A stretch of 64,000 bases of DNA from Geosiphon pyriformis uo1 (lineage: Eukaryota > Fungi > Glomeromycota): NCBI GenBank assembly GCA_016748015.1, contig JAAOMT010000283.1, forward strand, positions 128,108-192,107, in the 5' to 3' direction. This document shows positions 50,901-63,234 of the stretch, in pieces. Below the pieces are notes generated by a model. The model had not been told where the DNA came from, did no database searches, and was given only the letters and a program-made list of their open reading frames with translations. Both the position numbers and the translations under genes were made by a program. Every line of letters starts with the position of its first letter. The first letter of the stretch is position 1.

Positions 50901-51857
50901 TTTTTGGTAATACATGTTATTTTGTCAGAGATATTTTTCAGTCTGTTTGTTGTGCTCATTGGGAGGCTGGTCCTGGTTGTGATGTGGTTCCAAATGTGAT
51001 GATTGGTTGCATAGATTGGGTTGTCACTGCAAAAGTGTGACATCCTGATTTTCATATGTTTGCTGAATTCACTAGTTGTAAGTTCTCAACGCTTTGTACT
51101 TATCTTATGAAGGCTGTGCACAGGAGATTGCCAATGGCAGTCAGAAAAAGGTTGTATGATAAGTGCTACCCTAGTGTGTTGTATTTATTGTGCAGTGGAA
51201 TGGAGTTTTTTGACCATGCTTTTACTTGTGTTCATGAATCTGGTGTTTGTGGTGAAATCTTGGCTGAGACTTCTGTCCATTGGTCAGCTTTGGCTGATAG
51301 TTTTCTTACTTCTGCCATATTGCAAGTTTTGTCACAATGTTCTATTGATGTTGGGTTGTATATTTTGATTTGCAAAGGGTTTGTGCTGGGGGAGTGGTAT
51401 GAGGAGACTTGTGGTATTTTCGAGGATAGTAAGGTGGCTGCTGCTCAGATTGTTGATTATGTCAGGTTCGTTGTTGGGTTACATTAGCTAAGGTGTGATT
51501 GGTTAAGTCCAGCCACCAGGTGGTAATGGAGAAGGCTGGTCTGATTTGTGATGGTGGTGTTGTTTCTGGACTCTTTCGTGGTGTGCCTTCAGTTTTGTCT
51601 AATGGTGTTGTAAGATTGCTTGATGTGGCCAATTCTTTTGCTGTTAGCTTTGGTCATCAGAAGCCATTTTGTTTCTTTTTTGGTCTGGGTGGCAGTGTGC
51701 AAGTTAATATAAGTGTGTAGTGTTGTCTTGTCTGGTCTAAGTGACTAGTTACATGTAGAGAGTACATGAGTTGTATTTAGTTTAAGCCTCTTAGTTTGGT
51801 TCTATGTACTAGATAGCAATTAGGCTATGCTCGTTAAATACATTAATAAAAAAAAAA
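44994..51857 (+). mobile_element. LINE copy 4: near full length, poly(A) tail
   Basis: ORF1 45123-47039 (MELVSSSAGGSGSG..., CCHC CAACKQFGHVSGVC). ORF2 47036-51720 (EN, RT FVDD, RNase H MDGS/AELQA/DSQA). Possible TSD ATTAAGAATAA (44983) / ATTAAAAATAA (51857), weak because AT-rich. Confidence 0.95.
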
Positions 51858-52149
51858 TTAAAAATAATAAGTTGGTTAATAAAAATATAATTATAATATT
51901 TGGTTTTAGTTTTAAGTTATGCAAAATTTTTGCAATTTTACTGTAATTATAATTAGTTTAAACAAAATATGTTTAAATAAAAATTTTTACTAATAATTTT
52001 GTTAAAAATTTAAATTTATTAGAAATTATTAAAAATATATTAACTTTTTTTTAAATTTAAATTTTAATATAAATATTAATATTAAGTAATTAAAAGTTAA
52101 AAAACATTTTTGATGTTTTAAATATTAAGATAACAAATTTTTTAACTTT

Positions 52150-52971
52150 TAATATTATTTTTACTTATATAATAATAATAATAATAAATAAATTAAATAA
52201 ATAGCCAATTAAAAATAAGTGTAATAAAAAAAGAATTCTAGAATTTATTTTAACTGAAATTTTAAAATTTTAAAATTTTAATAATACTCTTAGTAAAAAT
52301 CACAGAATTTCAGAATTTTAAAAAATTTTGTATAATGAAAAATTATGTATATATAACAGTAAAAGTAGAAAAAAAAAGCAAACAATAATTCAAGACTTAA
52401 TTTTTTCTTTTTTTTATTTATTTTAAAAGTTAATTTGCTATTACTTAAAATAAAATTATTTACTTATTAATAAAATTATTAATTACTACTTAATTTATAT
52501 TATTATTATCACTTAATTAAATTATTTACTATTTTTTGTCATATTAATAATTTATACTAATAATAATTAATACTTAACTACACTAAAACAATAGTTTTTG
52601 ACTATTAATAAAATACTAATTTTTTATTTTTTTTATTTTGTTGTTGTGTTTATTAAAATTAATTAAAAAAAACATTAAAATTATAATATTAGAAATTATT
52701 TAATAAAAGACATCAAAACAAAGCATAAAGTAAATAGTAAAAATTATTTACCAAAAAAGTGTATTTATTAAAATAAACTAGTTATTATATTAAAGAATTA
52801 AATATCAAATATTACCAATTATTTACAATTGAATTTTTGTTTATTATACAAAAAATTCAATGAAAACTTTCAGATCACAAAAACTGTTAGAACATATTTT
52901 CATAATTATTTATTAAGTACTAAGTTATAAAGTTTATTATTTATTTTAATAGCTAAATAATTATTTATAAT
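52150..52971 (+). repeat. Ghost solo LTR related to the 8667-9498 LTR family
   Basis: Colinear eroded blocks: GAATTCTAGAATT, ATCACAGAATTTCAGAATTT, TACTTAACTACACTAAAACAATAG..GACTATTAAT, TTTGTTTATTATACAAAAAATTCAA..CTTTCAGATC, AAGTACTAAGTTATAAAGTTT..AAATAATTATTTATAATA. Confidence 0.75.
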
Positions 52972-54974
52972 ATTATATTATTAAAAATTTTGCTTTTTGT
53001 TTATATTAATTAAAGATTTTTAATAATTAATAACAAAATAAATTTTAAAAATATTTGGTGTTTTATAAAAAAATAAATTAAGTTTATTAGTATATAATTT
53101 GATAAAAAAAATTGAAAATATAAAAATAATTACTATGTCTTAATTAATATACCAAATTATATAAAACAAGTTTTATTAAAAAATTAATAAAAAATTCTTT
53201 TATTATTTGTTTTAATTATTATTTTACAATATTGCTTTATTAATTTTATTAAATCAATTAAGATAAATTTATAAATATTTTGTTATTTTTTTTCTATAAA
53301 TTTTTTTAATTTACTATAATTTTAAGATATTTTTTTTTCTACATTCTTTTTAATAATAGCTTAAAGGTTTTTTATTGGATTTAAATTGGAACTATTAGAT
53401 AGCCATTTTAATAAATTAATTGTATTTTTAGCAATAAATTTTTTGATAAGTTTGCTAATATGTTTAGAGTTATTATCTTGTTAAAATTGCCAATTGTTCT
53501 TTAGTATTGCTATAATTTTAAATAAGTAATTACAAAAAATATTTATATAAAATTAAATATTCATTATTTAAATAAAACAAAATAAATTAATCTTTTTTTT
53601 TCATAAAAATCTTTCATATAAAAAGCTTTGTTCAATCTTTAATTTAAAATAAATTGGTTAAATATTTTTATATTAATATTTTACTGTATTTTAAAAAAGT
53701 TAAAAAAATGTTTTATTAGTAAAAACTTTTTTTTTCAGTTATTATTTAAGTGTTTTTTGGTCTATTTTACACATTTTTACTTATGTTCTTTAATTAGTAT
53801 TAGAATTGTTTTAGAAAAACTTTTTTATAATTAAAATTAAATAAATAGTTTTGAATAATAAATATATAAAAAATATTTATTCTCTTTTTAACCAAATATT
53901 TAAACAAAACTAAAATTTTTTTACAAATAATCGGTTTTAATACTTTTAAAGAATTTTTTATAATTTTTCTTGGCTAATTTTTACAATTTACATGTTTTAT
54001 TGTTCCTTTTTTTTGAATTTTTTGAGAATATTATAGATTATAAAAAAATATATATTTGTTTTATTCTGTATTTTTTGCTTTAAAATTAGCATCTCAAAAA
54101 CAAATTTTAAAAAAATTTTTAGTTAATATATGAGAAAATATTTTTAAAATTTAGTTATTTATTATATATTCTGTTTTTATTTTTACTATCATAAAACTTA
54201 TCAAAAATAATCAAATTAAATACAATTTTAGTAGATTTATATTTTTTTCATATTTTTCCAAATTTTTTTTTATCAAACTGTAATTTAATAAAAATTTAAA
54301 GTATTTAAATTTTTTTTAATTATAAATTATAATTAAGTAAAAATAATTTTAATTTGGTATTTTAATAATTATATACAAATTAATTTAACAAATTATAATA
54401 TAACTGTTTTTTATATATATTTAATAAAAGTATTTTACAAATAAGTTTTAATATTATTATATAAAAAACTTTATAATTTAAGTTATTTTATAATAATATA
54501 TATTAAATATAATAAAATAAAAGACTTTAATTATTTATTTTGTATGTTTTAAATATTATTATTTAAAAAAAAATTAGCAAAAATAATATTAATAAGTAAA
54601 TAACTTTATTAAATTATATTTTGTTTATTAACCAGGTATTTTTTAATGATTTTAATATAAATTATGTATTTATTATTACTTGTTAATTTGCTTTTTATTA
54701 AGTAAAACTTCAAAAAAAAAGTTGTAATTTTAGTACTGTAAAAATCAGGCTATATTATTTTTTAACAATAATAAACAATTTTATGATAATTTATTGCTTA
54801 TTTTTATTGAAAATGAAATTTTTAAACAAATAATATTGTTAAAACAATGTACAATATTGGTATTTTAATATATAATTATTAAAAAGCTAAAATATTCCCA
54901 AATTTTCAAGTTAAAAAGATTATTCTTTACTTTAGCAAATTTGTAGTCAAAACAGAAAGTGATTGACTAGAATT

Positions 54975-57226
54975 ATGTCTTCTCCTATGTTTTTTAGCGA
55001 AACTTTATTACCCGAAAAACCGCTTCGCTCTGAAGAACACAAATCTAGCGGTGGGCCTCCAACGAAGGTGTCTTCCGCCAATCGGATCAGACCTAGGCGT
55101 AATAAACACCAGCGCAAAAAGCAACGCACAAATAGTCCACAAGACTACGATTTCTTGGTGTTTGGTTATGAAGCAAAGGCGTTTCGTGACGACGAAATGG
55201 CCCAAAAAATCAACGAAGGTCAGCTCTTAATTCCTTGGCGAGGTGAAGAAAGTACCGAGAAACTGATATTATTAGATAGGTAAGGGTGCTCTGAAATCAG
55301 AAATTCAGAATTCGATATCGGCTTGATGTCATGTACTTTTTTGGTGGTTTTATTCTTTGGAAGAATCCACTATTTGCTCCTTTTTTTTGTTCTTTTGTGA
55401 CGCGTTACAACTCAAAACTAACTTTCCATTAGAGGTTCGAATGTAGTACCTATTTCGCTTGAGCCAACTCTAGAAATTTTCACACAGAAAATTTTTCCAT
55501 GTAGATTTTAAGATATATTAGAAAGAAGAGGTGTTCATCACACATGAAGGGAGCGCACAAACGATGGAGCAACCTAGCTACTGAATCGGTTTTTTTCTCT
55601 TTTTGACCTATTTAAACATGGTATATACTCGGCAAATCGGAGGCTACCAATCAAAAAGATCTCTACGGCCATCGCGAGAAAGGCCAAATATAATCTTTAA
55701 GGAATTTTAATATTAAATTATTTTTTCCCCATCAAAACACCCTATATTTCTATCATCTCTTATATTGTAAAACATTAGGTATGATGCGAGAAATCTTCTT
55801 GATGACCGTGATCAATTCCGTAAGGTCGTCTATAGTTTTTCACCTACAGAGGAGGAAATTGAAGAAGAGAAATTGTGTAACGAAGAACGATGGATGGATC
55901 TTGATTCTGACGCAGAGGAGATGCATGATTTATCTGAAGAAGAACGAGGCATATATATAGGTAAATAATCCTTTACTGCTATTTCTCCTACCCATATCTC
56001 AGAAAGATGATTATATTTTCACCCAATTACAGAGGAAAAAAGAAAAAGACTTAATATAGAAGAAAAAAATAATGAATTTTCCTATGATTATTCTGAAGAA
56101 ACTCATCAGGAATTGTCTGGTAATTGTAATTAAAATAGTATCATTTATTTTCGATTTTATCAGAATACCTAAACTTTATTTCATTCTTCAGAGAAAATAC
56201 AAGAAAGTAATGATCAGAATGATAACTTGGAATACACACCTAAATTTATTGTACCACGTAAAATGGCCACGGTTAGTGAATAAAAAAAATGTGGATTAAT
56301 GTCTTTAATAAATTCTTAAATCCATTATACACTTTTTCTTTAGCCTACCAGTGTCCGTGTTGATGAGATTATCGAGCGCACCGCAAAATTTTTAAATGCC
56401 AGCAATGATCCACAAATAGAAATTGTGTTGCAAGCTAAACAAGCAAACAATCCAAGTTTCTCTTTTCTGAACAAAGATGATCCATTATATCCGTATTATA
56501 AACACGTGAGGTTACTCTTACAAACGGGTCTTTTTGCGTACGGCAATAACAGCGATGATAATGAATCAAGTGAAGCCGAAGAAGATAATGAGAAACTGGA
56601 CACAGGATCATTTACAGAAAAGCTTCAAGATTCTGACCAACAGAAAACAAAAGATGAAAATTTGGAGAGCAAAAAGACCGAAAATCTTATGAATAACAAG
56701 GAAGTAATTGACCAACGATCGGGAACTCCACCACCACCACCACCACCACCACCACCATCATCACCCCCAAAGCCTTATGGACCTGTTGTGTGAGTATTCA
56801 ACCAATGAATATAACATTTTACTGCGATTTGGTTTAAAATTCCAGGAATAAAAGGTCAGGTTAAAAGTTTTACTTGAAATTTCTTATTTCAGAACTCCCA
56901 CAGCTGATCTTCAAGCTGTCATTGATGAACTCGCTGTCCACATCGCGAAAAGTGATGTTTCCGTTGAATCAAAAATTCGTGGACAACATATCGATGACCC
57001 GCAATATAGTTTCTTATTACCGTGGAATGAGTTTAATCCATATTACAAGTTTAAAATTCAGAGTGAACGGAAGTTAAATGAAAAGATAAAAAAGGAAGAA
57101 CAATCAAAAAAGCAACAATCTGCTGGACAAATGAATGGGAAAAACCCAGAAGTTGATGAAGGCAGTGAGAAACAACAGCGATGGGAAAAGCAGCGACAAC
57201 AACCTAATTTTCTTCCAGTTCCTTAA
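54975..57226 (+). CDS. Suppressor-of-white-apricot (SFSWAP)-like splicing regulator: DRY_EERY domain and two SURP domains
   Basis: LVFGYEAKAFRDD..LIPW..LLDR/YDARNLL..CNEERWMDL. SURP1 IIERTAKF..LQAKQANNPSFSFL..LYPYYKH. Poly-Pro. SURP2 VIDELAVHI..DPQYSFLLPWNEFNPYYKFKI. Confidence 0.88.
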
Positions 57227-57231
57227 CAATT

Positions 57232-57745
57232 TCAACAATAAAATAATATCAAGTTTCCCACCATTATGAAAGGTAACCACTGTTTGAATGTGGAAATATT
57301 TTTAAGCAAGGCTACTTGCAAAATGGGCAAAATAACAACATCAGACACGTTAAAACTGAGACTTAGAATTTCCACAATATGGTCAGCAGTTATGACGGCT
57401 TGGCGGGCGATCATTACGCCTTTTTCATGATTAAGAGTGAATTTAAAGGCTCATAAATTTTGATTCTCGATTATTAATTTTTATGAAATCAGAATCCATT
57501 GAACAATTCCCCAGTTCCATCAATTAACTAAAGTTGTTCCCATCTCATCTGATCCCGAATTAGGTATCTTGACGAAATCCTTATTAGCTCCGATAATATC
57601 TTTCTCAAGCAAATATTAGGGTTTCAGAGGTACGCAGAATTAATCCTTTCAAGAAATCGCTTTTGCCGGTATCAGGTGGACCCAACGTCATGATGGTTGA
57701 GGCATAATAAATATGGTGAAGAACGCGCAAAACAAATTTGAACTC
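57232..57745 (-). pseudogene. Possible decayed P-loop NTPase gene fragment
   Basis: TIMTLGPPDTGKSDFLKGL (Walker A at 57659-57682), then stops and frameshifts. Gene-like composition. Confidence 0.3.
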
Positions 57746-58209
57746 ACAATATGATGTTTAATGGACCTATTTTTAATTTTTTATATACCATTTATTACGT
57801 AGCTCTCGTTATAGTATAGTAAGGAGCGATTCTAATTCATTTATTTCCAAAATCACAAATCACCCGGAATTTGATTCCTTTAATTTAACTGATGAGAGTC
57901 TATCTTTTTACCCTATCATAATTTAGATCTTGATTGTTGATTTAAAGAATTTTCTCATTGCTATAGCTTTCAAACTGTAACACTTTCCTACTTTAGAAAT
58001 ATTACTCGTATTTTGAACAAACGTCAATTATTATTTTGGTTCAATAAATTTTTCACTTTGAAATAATTTTATTATATCATAATTTTTTGAAAAAATCAAT
58101 TATAATTTCTTCAAAATAATGTTATTTATAAATAAAATAACAAAGCAAAAATTATTCAACTTTTATGTAATTAAATATTTGCTTAATTATATATATAAAT
58201 ATATATATA

Positions 58210-58290
58210 TTTTTATTAATGCGTAGCCCAATCACTATCTAATACAAATACGACTGGAATTAAACGTGACTCATGCGTTTTCTACATGAT
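58210..58290 (-). mobile_element. About 80-bp LINE 3'-end insertion in a (TA)n tract
   Basis: Reverse complement TCATGTAGAAAACGCATGAGTCACG...TAGATAGTGATTGGGCTACGCATTAATAAAA matches the copy 4 3' UTR. (TA)n on both sides. Confidence 0.7.
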
Positions 58291-58299
58291 TATATATAT

Positions 58300-59051
58300 A
58301 TATATATATATTTTAGCTTTAACAAAATGTAATCCAAATTATTAAATATTTTTACAACATGCAATATGTACTATAATAAAAAACAATCTATGTGCTTTTT
58401 ATACATAACTAGCTACCTAAATTTATGTTAAAATTACATTAAGTTAAACACCAAAATTTTTTAATTGTTTTAATATTTAAACTTAATTTATTATATATTT
58501 TAAACTTTATAACTTTATAATTTTTTAAATATTGCCACAGAATTTTTTTGTTTTATTTTAATTAAATACATTGTTATTTTATATTTAAAAACTTGATTAT
58601 TTTTATTTATAAATTAAATTTGTTACAGTTTTATATTTTAAAATTTGAATATAATAATTTATATATTAAAATATTACAATTAATTTAAAATTTAATCTAA
58701 TGTATAATAATTTGTAATGAATTTTAAGTATTTTAATAAAATTTAATTGTAGTAATAATTTGTTTAGTTTTAAAATATAAATTTAATTTTGTAAAAACAA
58801 TTATAATTAATTACTTATTTCGAATTTAATAATCTAAAATATACTAGATAGCAATTGAACTTTACTTGTTAAATAAAATAAAAAAATTTAAAATTAGTAA
58901 TTAAATTATTAATTTTTAGTAAAAAAAAATTTTTAATTATAGTTTGATTAAAAAAAATTGTTTTGGCAAATTGTATTTATTATTTTTTTACAAATTTTTT
59001 TTAAACTAATTAAATTTTATCAAAATTACATATAATTTAAACTGCTTTAAA

Positions 59052-59084
<33 letters not shown>

Positions 59085-60500
59085 TTTAGAGTTTTGTATT
59101 TATTTATATTTGTAAAAATTGAAATATTGTACCAATAATAATTATTTAATTAATATAATTTGTAAAATATTAATAAATATTAAAACTAATAATATAATTA
59201 AAAATAATTTTATCATAAATTTTGAATTAAAATTTAATTAATAATATTAAATTAAAAACCAAATTTAATATATAGTTTTAATATAAACCAATTAAATTTT
59301 TGAAAAATATCAAGTATTAAAATAAAAGTTATTTGTTTAAAAAAATTTGTTAAAAAAAATATAAATTGTTTTGTTTTTATAACAAATAATAATTAATCAA
59401 AATAATTATACTAATAATATAACCAAATATTGATTTGTATTTATTTTAATAAATTTATTATTGTTATTATTATTTAAATTTTAAATTATGATTAATTATT
59501 ATTAAAATTAATAAAATAAAACTGGTAAAAAAATTAATAATAATTAAATAACTAAAAACAGTATTAGTAAATTTAAAATTATAAAATACAAATTTAATAT
59601 TTTAAAAATCTTAAAAAAAAGCTTTTTTTTAAAAAATTTTAAAAAAATAATTATTTTTATTTTTAATTGTATACAAAAAAAAAATATAATTATTAAATAT
59701 AAAAATAAAAATAAATTATAAAACAATTAAACTTAAATTTTATGTAACAATAATCTAAATATTAAAATTATCTTTAAATTAAAACATTTAAATTATTTTA
59801 ACTATAATAAGTTTATATTTATTTGTTAATTAATTATATGTTTTTTTAAATTATAATATATAATATTGTTTTAATTAATTTAAATAATTATTTATATATA
59901 AACAAAATATAAACTGTGTTTATTATATAATATTTTTGGTTTTATGTTTATAAATAATAGTTAAGTTATATTTTATTAAACAATAAAAAAAGTAATAATA
60001 TTAATTAATATAAAAATTGCTAAAAAAACAAAACTGTAATAACAAATTTGTTATTAAAAATTTTTAATTATTAAGACAATACTAAAATCAGTTTTAATAT
60101 TTTTTTTAAAAACTTTGCTTAAAAAAAAAGTTTAATAAAAAAAAGTGTGTTTTTAAAACAATTAAAAATTGTATTATTTAAGAATAATATTTTGTTTAAT
60201 TTTCAGTTATTGTTTTTTTTTGTTTTGGTTATAACATAAAATAAAAAAAAAGGTTTTATTTTATATTGTTAAAATATTAAGAAATGTTTAATTAAAAAGT
60301 TTACAAAATTATGAGTAAAAATAATTGAACAATTTTTTTTTAATAAAAATTTTGGTTATTAAAAAATTATAAATAAAAACTGAAAAGCAATTTTATTAAT
60401 AAAATAATTTAAATACAATTTAATATTAATATTAAAAAAAAACAATATGTTTTGTTAAATCTAATGGTTTTAAAAACATTTTAATTTTAAACATAAAACA
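58300..60500. repeat. AT desert with LINE 3'-end ghosts
   Basis: ATACTAGATAGCAATTGAACTTTACTTGTTAAATAAAA at about 58841-58878 matches copy 4 GTACTAGATAGCAATTAGGCTATGCTCGTTAAATA. (ATT)n at 59052-59080. Confidence 0.6.
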
Positions 60501-60642
60501 CATATTTCTTAAAATTTTTTCGACTTGTTGATTGGGCACAAAATCGTTTGTTTCGGCATCTAAAAAATTTTAAAGAGTGGTGGAGACTTTATTTCCTTTT
60601 GAAACGATATTAAGTTGAATTAAAGATAGCATAAGTGAAAAA

Positions 60643-62318
60643 ATGTATCAACAAGCACCCCCGACTTATTCTAACTACTATCCACAACAAGCCACTGGAT
60701 CGCCTCCTCCATTGCAACACCCAATTCCAACTCACCCTCCTATTCAAATGCGAGACCCACCCGTTGGTTCCCCGTCACCGTCAACACAACTGCGCATCAT
60801 ACATCCATCTCAACAAATCCAGCCTGATTTACAGGATGTGTGGAACTTAAACGACAGTACCGCTCAAATGGGAATGCAATTCGGAAAAACTGCCATGAGG
60901 GCGGGAAGCCAGTATGTTGAAAAAAATGTAGGTTTATATCAGAGTTTATATGTCCTGAAGTCAATTATCTTTATGGAAAAACATAATTCTTATTCTTTGA
61001 TTTGTTTTGAGCCCTTGGGCTAATAATCTCCATTTACCTGGATTTCCTCAATTCTAAATATGATTTGTTGTTCATTTTTGAATGGCTAATCATCTTAATT
61101 AATATATAGATTAATCGCTATGTAGATTTTCCGGCACTAAAACACTATTTCAAAGTTAACAATTCCTATGTGGCCAACAAGATTAGACTACTTTTATTCC
61201 CATGGTGGCATAAGGTAAGTTTTTTGTAAAAATGTCAAAGGGTATCGAAAGAGATTTGTTCTCGGTAATTATTCTCTATATCCCAATTATCACTGGTGTG
61301 ACTATTCATGTATTATAAGATTCCATGGGGAAAAAGTCTTGATCTGACTTCATTACTAGATATCTATTTACAGGGCCTTTTGTGATTATGACTTGCTTTT
61401 CATTATAAATATATTAAAAACTTATGTCACATTCTTTCCTTTTCTATTATCTGTAAGTAGCCATGGTCCCGACTTGTTAAGCGCTCTGAGCAAAACGGCC
61501 AAATGGAAGGATTTAAGCCACCAAGAGAAGACATTAATTCACCGGATCTATACATACCCGGTAAAACTCTTAAATATTATTTTGCCATCTTTTAATACCG
61601 ATTTTCATGCTGAGTTATACTTTAATGCTTCCCTACAGTGATGGCGCTAGTCACCTATGTATTACTTACTGGAATAGTCGCTGGTACAGAACATAAGTAA
61701 GACAAAGAATTACAGGGAATCAGATAATTAATCGTTTTTATTTTAATTCTCAATTGGTTGAAACTAATTCGAATCATTCTTTGCCAAAGATTCCATCCTG
61801 AAGTATTAGGGATGAATGCAACTACTGCATTCCTTATCGTTTTGCTGGATTTATTCTTCATCAAAACTGGATGTTATTTATTGAATATTTCTTCCGAGAC
61901 TCAACTTTTAGACCTAATGGCATACTCAGGCTACAAATTTATTGGGTAAGGTTTGTGCATATCCGAATGGCTTACTCAAGATACCATAATTACACTATTA
62001 TTTAATAATTTTAATTTTTTTAAGGACAATCGTAACGCTGATAATTTCTATGATTGCTCCTTTTTGGTTGGTTGCCGCTACCTTCTTTTACACTTCTTTC
62101 TCTACTGGGTTTTTTTTGGTAAGATCACTTTACATAATTGCTCTAAAAATTAGCAAATTATTAATACAACACCTATGAAACAGCTTCGATCTTTACGTTA
62201 TGTCGTATTCCCCGATTCGACAACCACAGTCAATATCCCACAACGCAAACGAAGAATTAATTTTTTATTTTGCATTGCTGCACTTCAGGTTGTTTTGGTA
62301 TACTTTCTTGTAAAATAA
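60643..62318 (+). CDS. YIF1: Yif1/Hrf1 ER-Golgi membrane trafficking protein
   Basis: AQMGMQFG..YVEKN, LKHYFKVNNSYV..KIRLLLFPW, PREDINSPDLYIP/VMALVTYVLL, FHPEVLG, LDLMAYSGYKFIG, FFL/LRSLRYVV, RKRRINFLF..Q. Multi-exon. Confidence 0.95.
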
Positions 62319-63214
62319 AATTTTTGATCGTGATTTACAATTTAAAGTTGCTAGATGTCTTTGCTATTATGTCTTGTCATGTGACTGCAAGATTATGAAT
62401 GAAATTTCAGTTGTAATTTCTTTCTTTTTTTGAAGCAACTGGTAGTATTTTTATTAGTAAAACACTTGCAATTATTGAAATTACTTAACAATACTTTGTA
62501 AAAATGCTTATAATAATAGATTAACTTTTTATTAATTTTTTTTAAATTTTTTTTAATAATTTTAATATGTTTTTTGTCTTTTTTAAAAGTTTTAAAGTGG
62601 TTAATAAAAAGCCAATAATTAAATTGCTTTTTTTGGGGTTTTTTTACTGTTATTCAGATAATTAAAAAGACTAAAATTATTAAAAAACAATTTTTTTAAC
62701 TTTTTATTATATTTAATAATAACTTATTTAAAATATTAGAAGGTTTTTTTTTGGTGTTTTTAGTGTTAGTTTTATTGTTTTAAAGCTGATTTTTTTTGTA
62801 AAAATAAAGCTTTGGTTTTTTCTGTTTTTTTTTTTTATTTTTTTATTAGTTTTGTATTATTTTTATTGATTATAATACTTAGTTTAATTATAATTGTAAA
62901 TAGTAATTAATTATTTGTTTTAAATAATAATAATAAAGCATATTAATTTATATTAATTTAAATTAATTTTTAATTAAATTGTTTAATATGTTGATTAATT
63001 AATTATTGCTAATTTTAAATACAAAATAAATTATGTTTTTGTATATATTTTTAACTTATTAAGTTATTTGATTTAAAAAATAAAATAAAAATCAAATTTT
63101 CTATTTTTTTTCTATTTTTTATAATATTTAAATAAAAATATGAAAATAACTTTGAATTTTCTTAAAAATAAACTATTTTTAATATTAAATTTTGGTTTAA
63201 AATTTTTTAAAAAT

Positions 63215-63234
63215 NNNNNNNNNNNNNNNNNNNN
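63215..63234. other. 20-N scaffold gap flanked by a ~300-bp exact duplication
   Basis: 62913-63213 is repeated at 63235-63535. Confidence 0.9.

Noticed and set aside
12755-51055. Numerous antisense and alternate-frame short ORFs over the LINE copies
   Set aside because: Shadows of the biased LINE coding strand, not conserved between copies and without motifs.
57885-57930. CTGATGAG, a hammerhead ribozyme core-like word
   Set aside because: No matching stem II followed by GAAA and no flanking helices.
59544-59726. 60-aa hydrophobic ORF in an AT desert
   Set aside because: F/L/I/K/N/Y composition is what about 90% AT sequence gives by chance.
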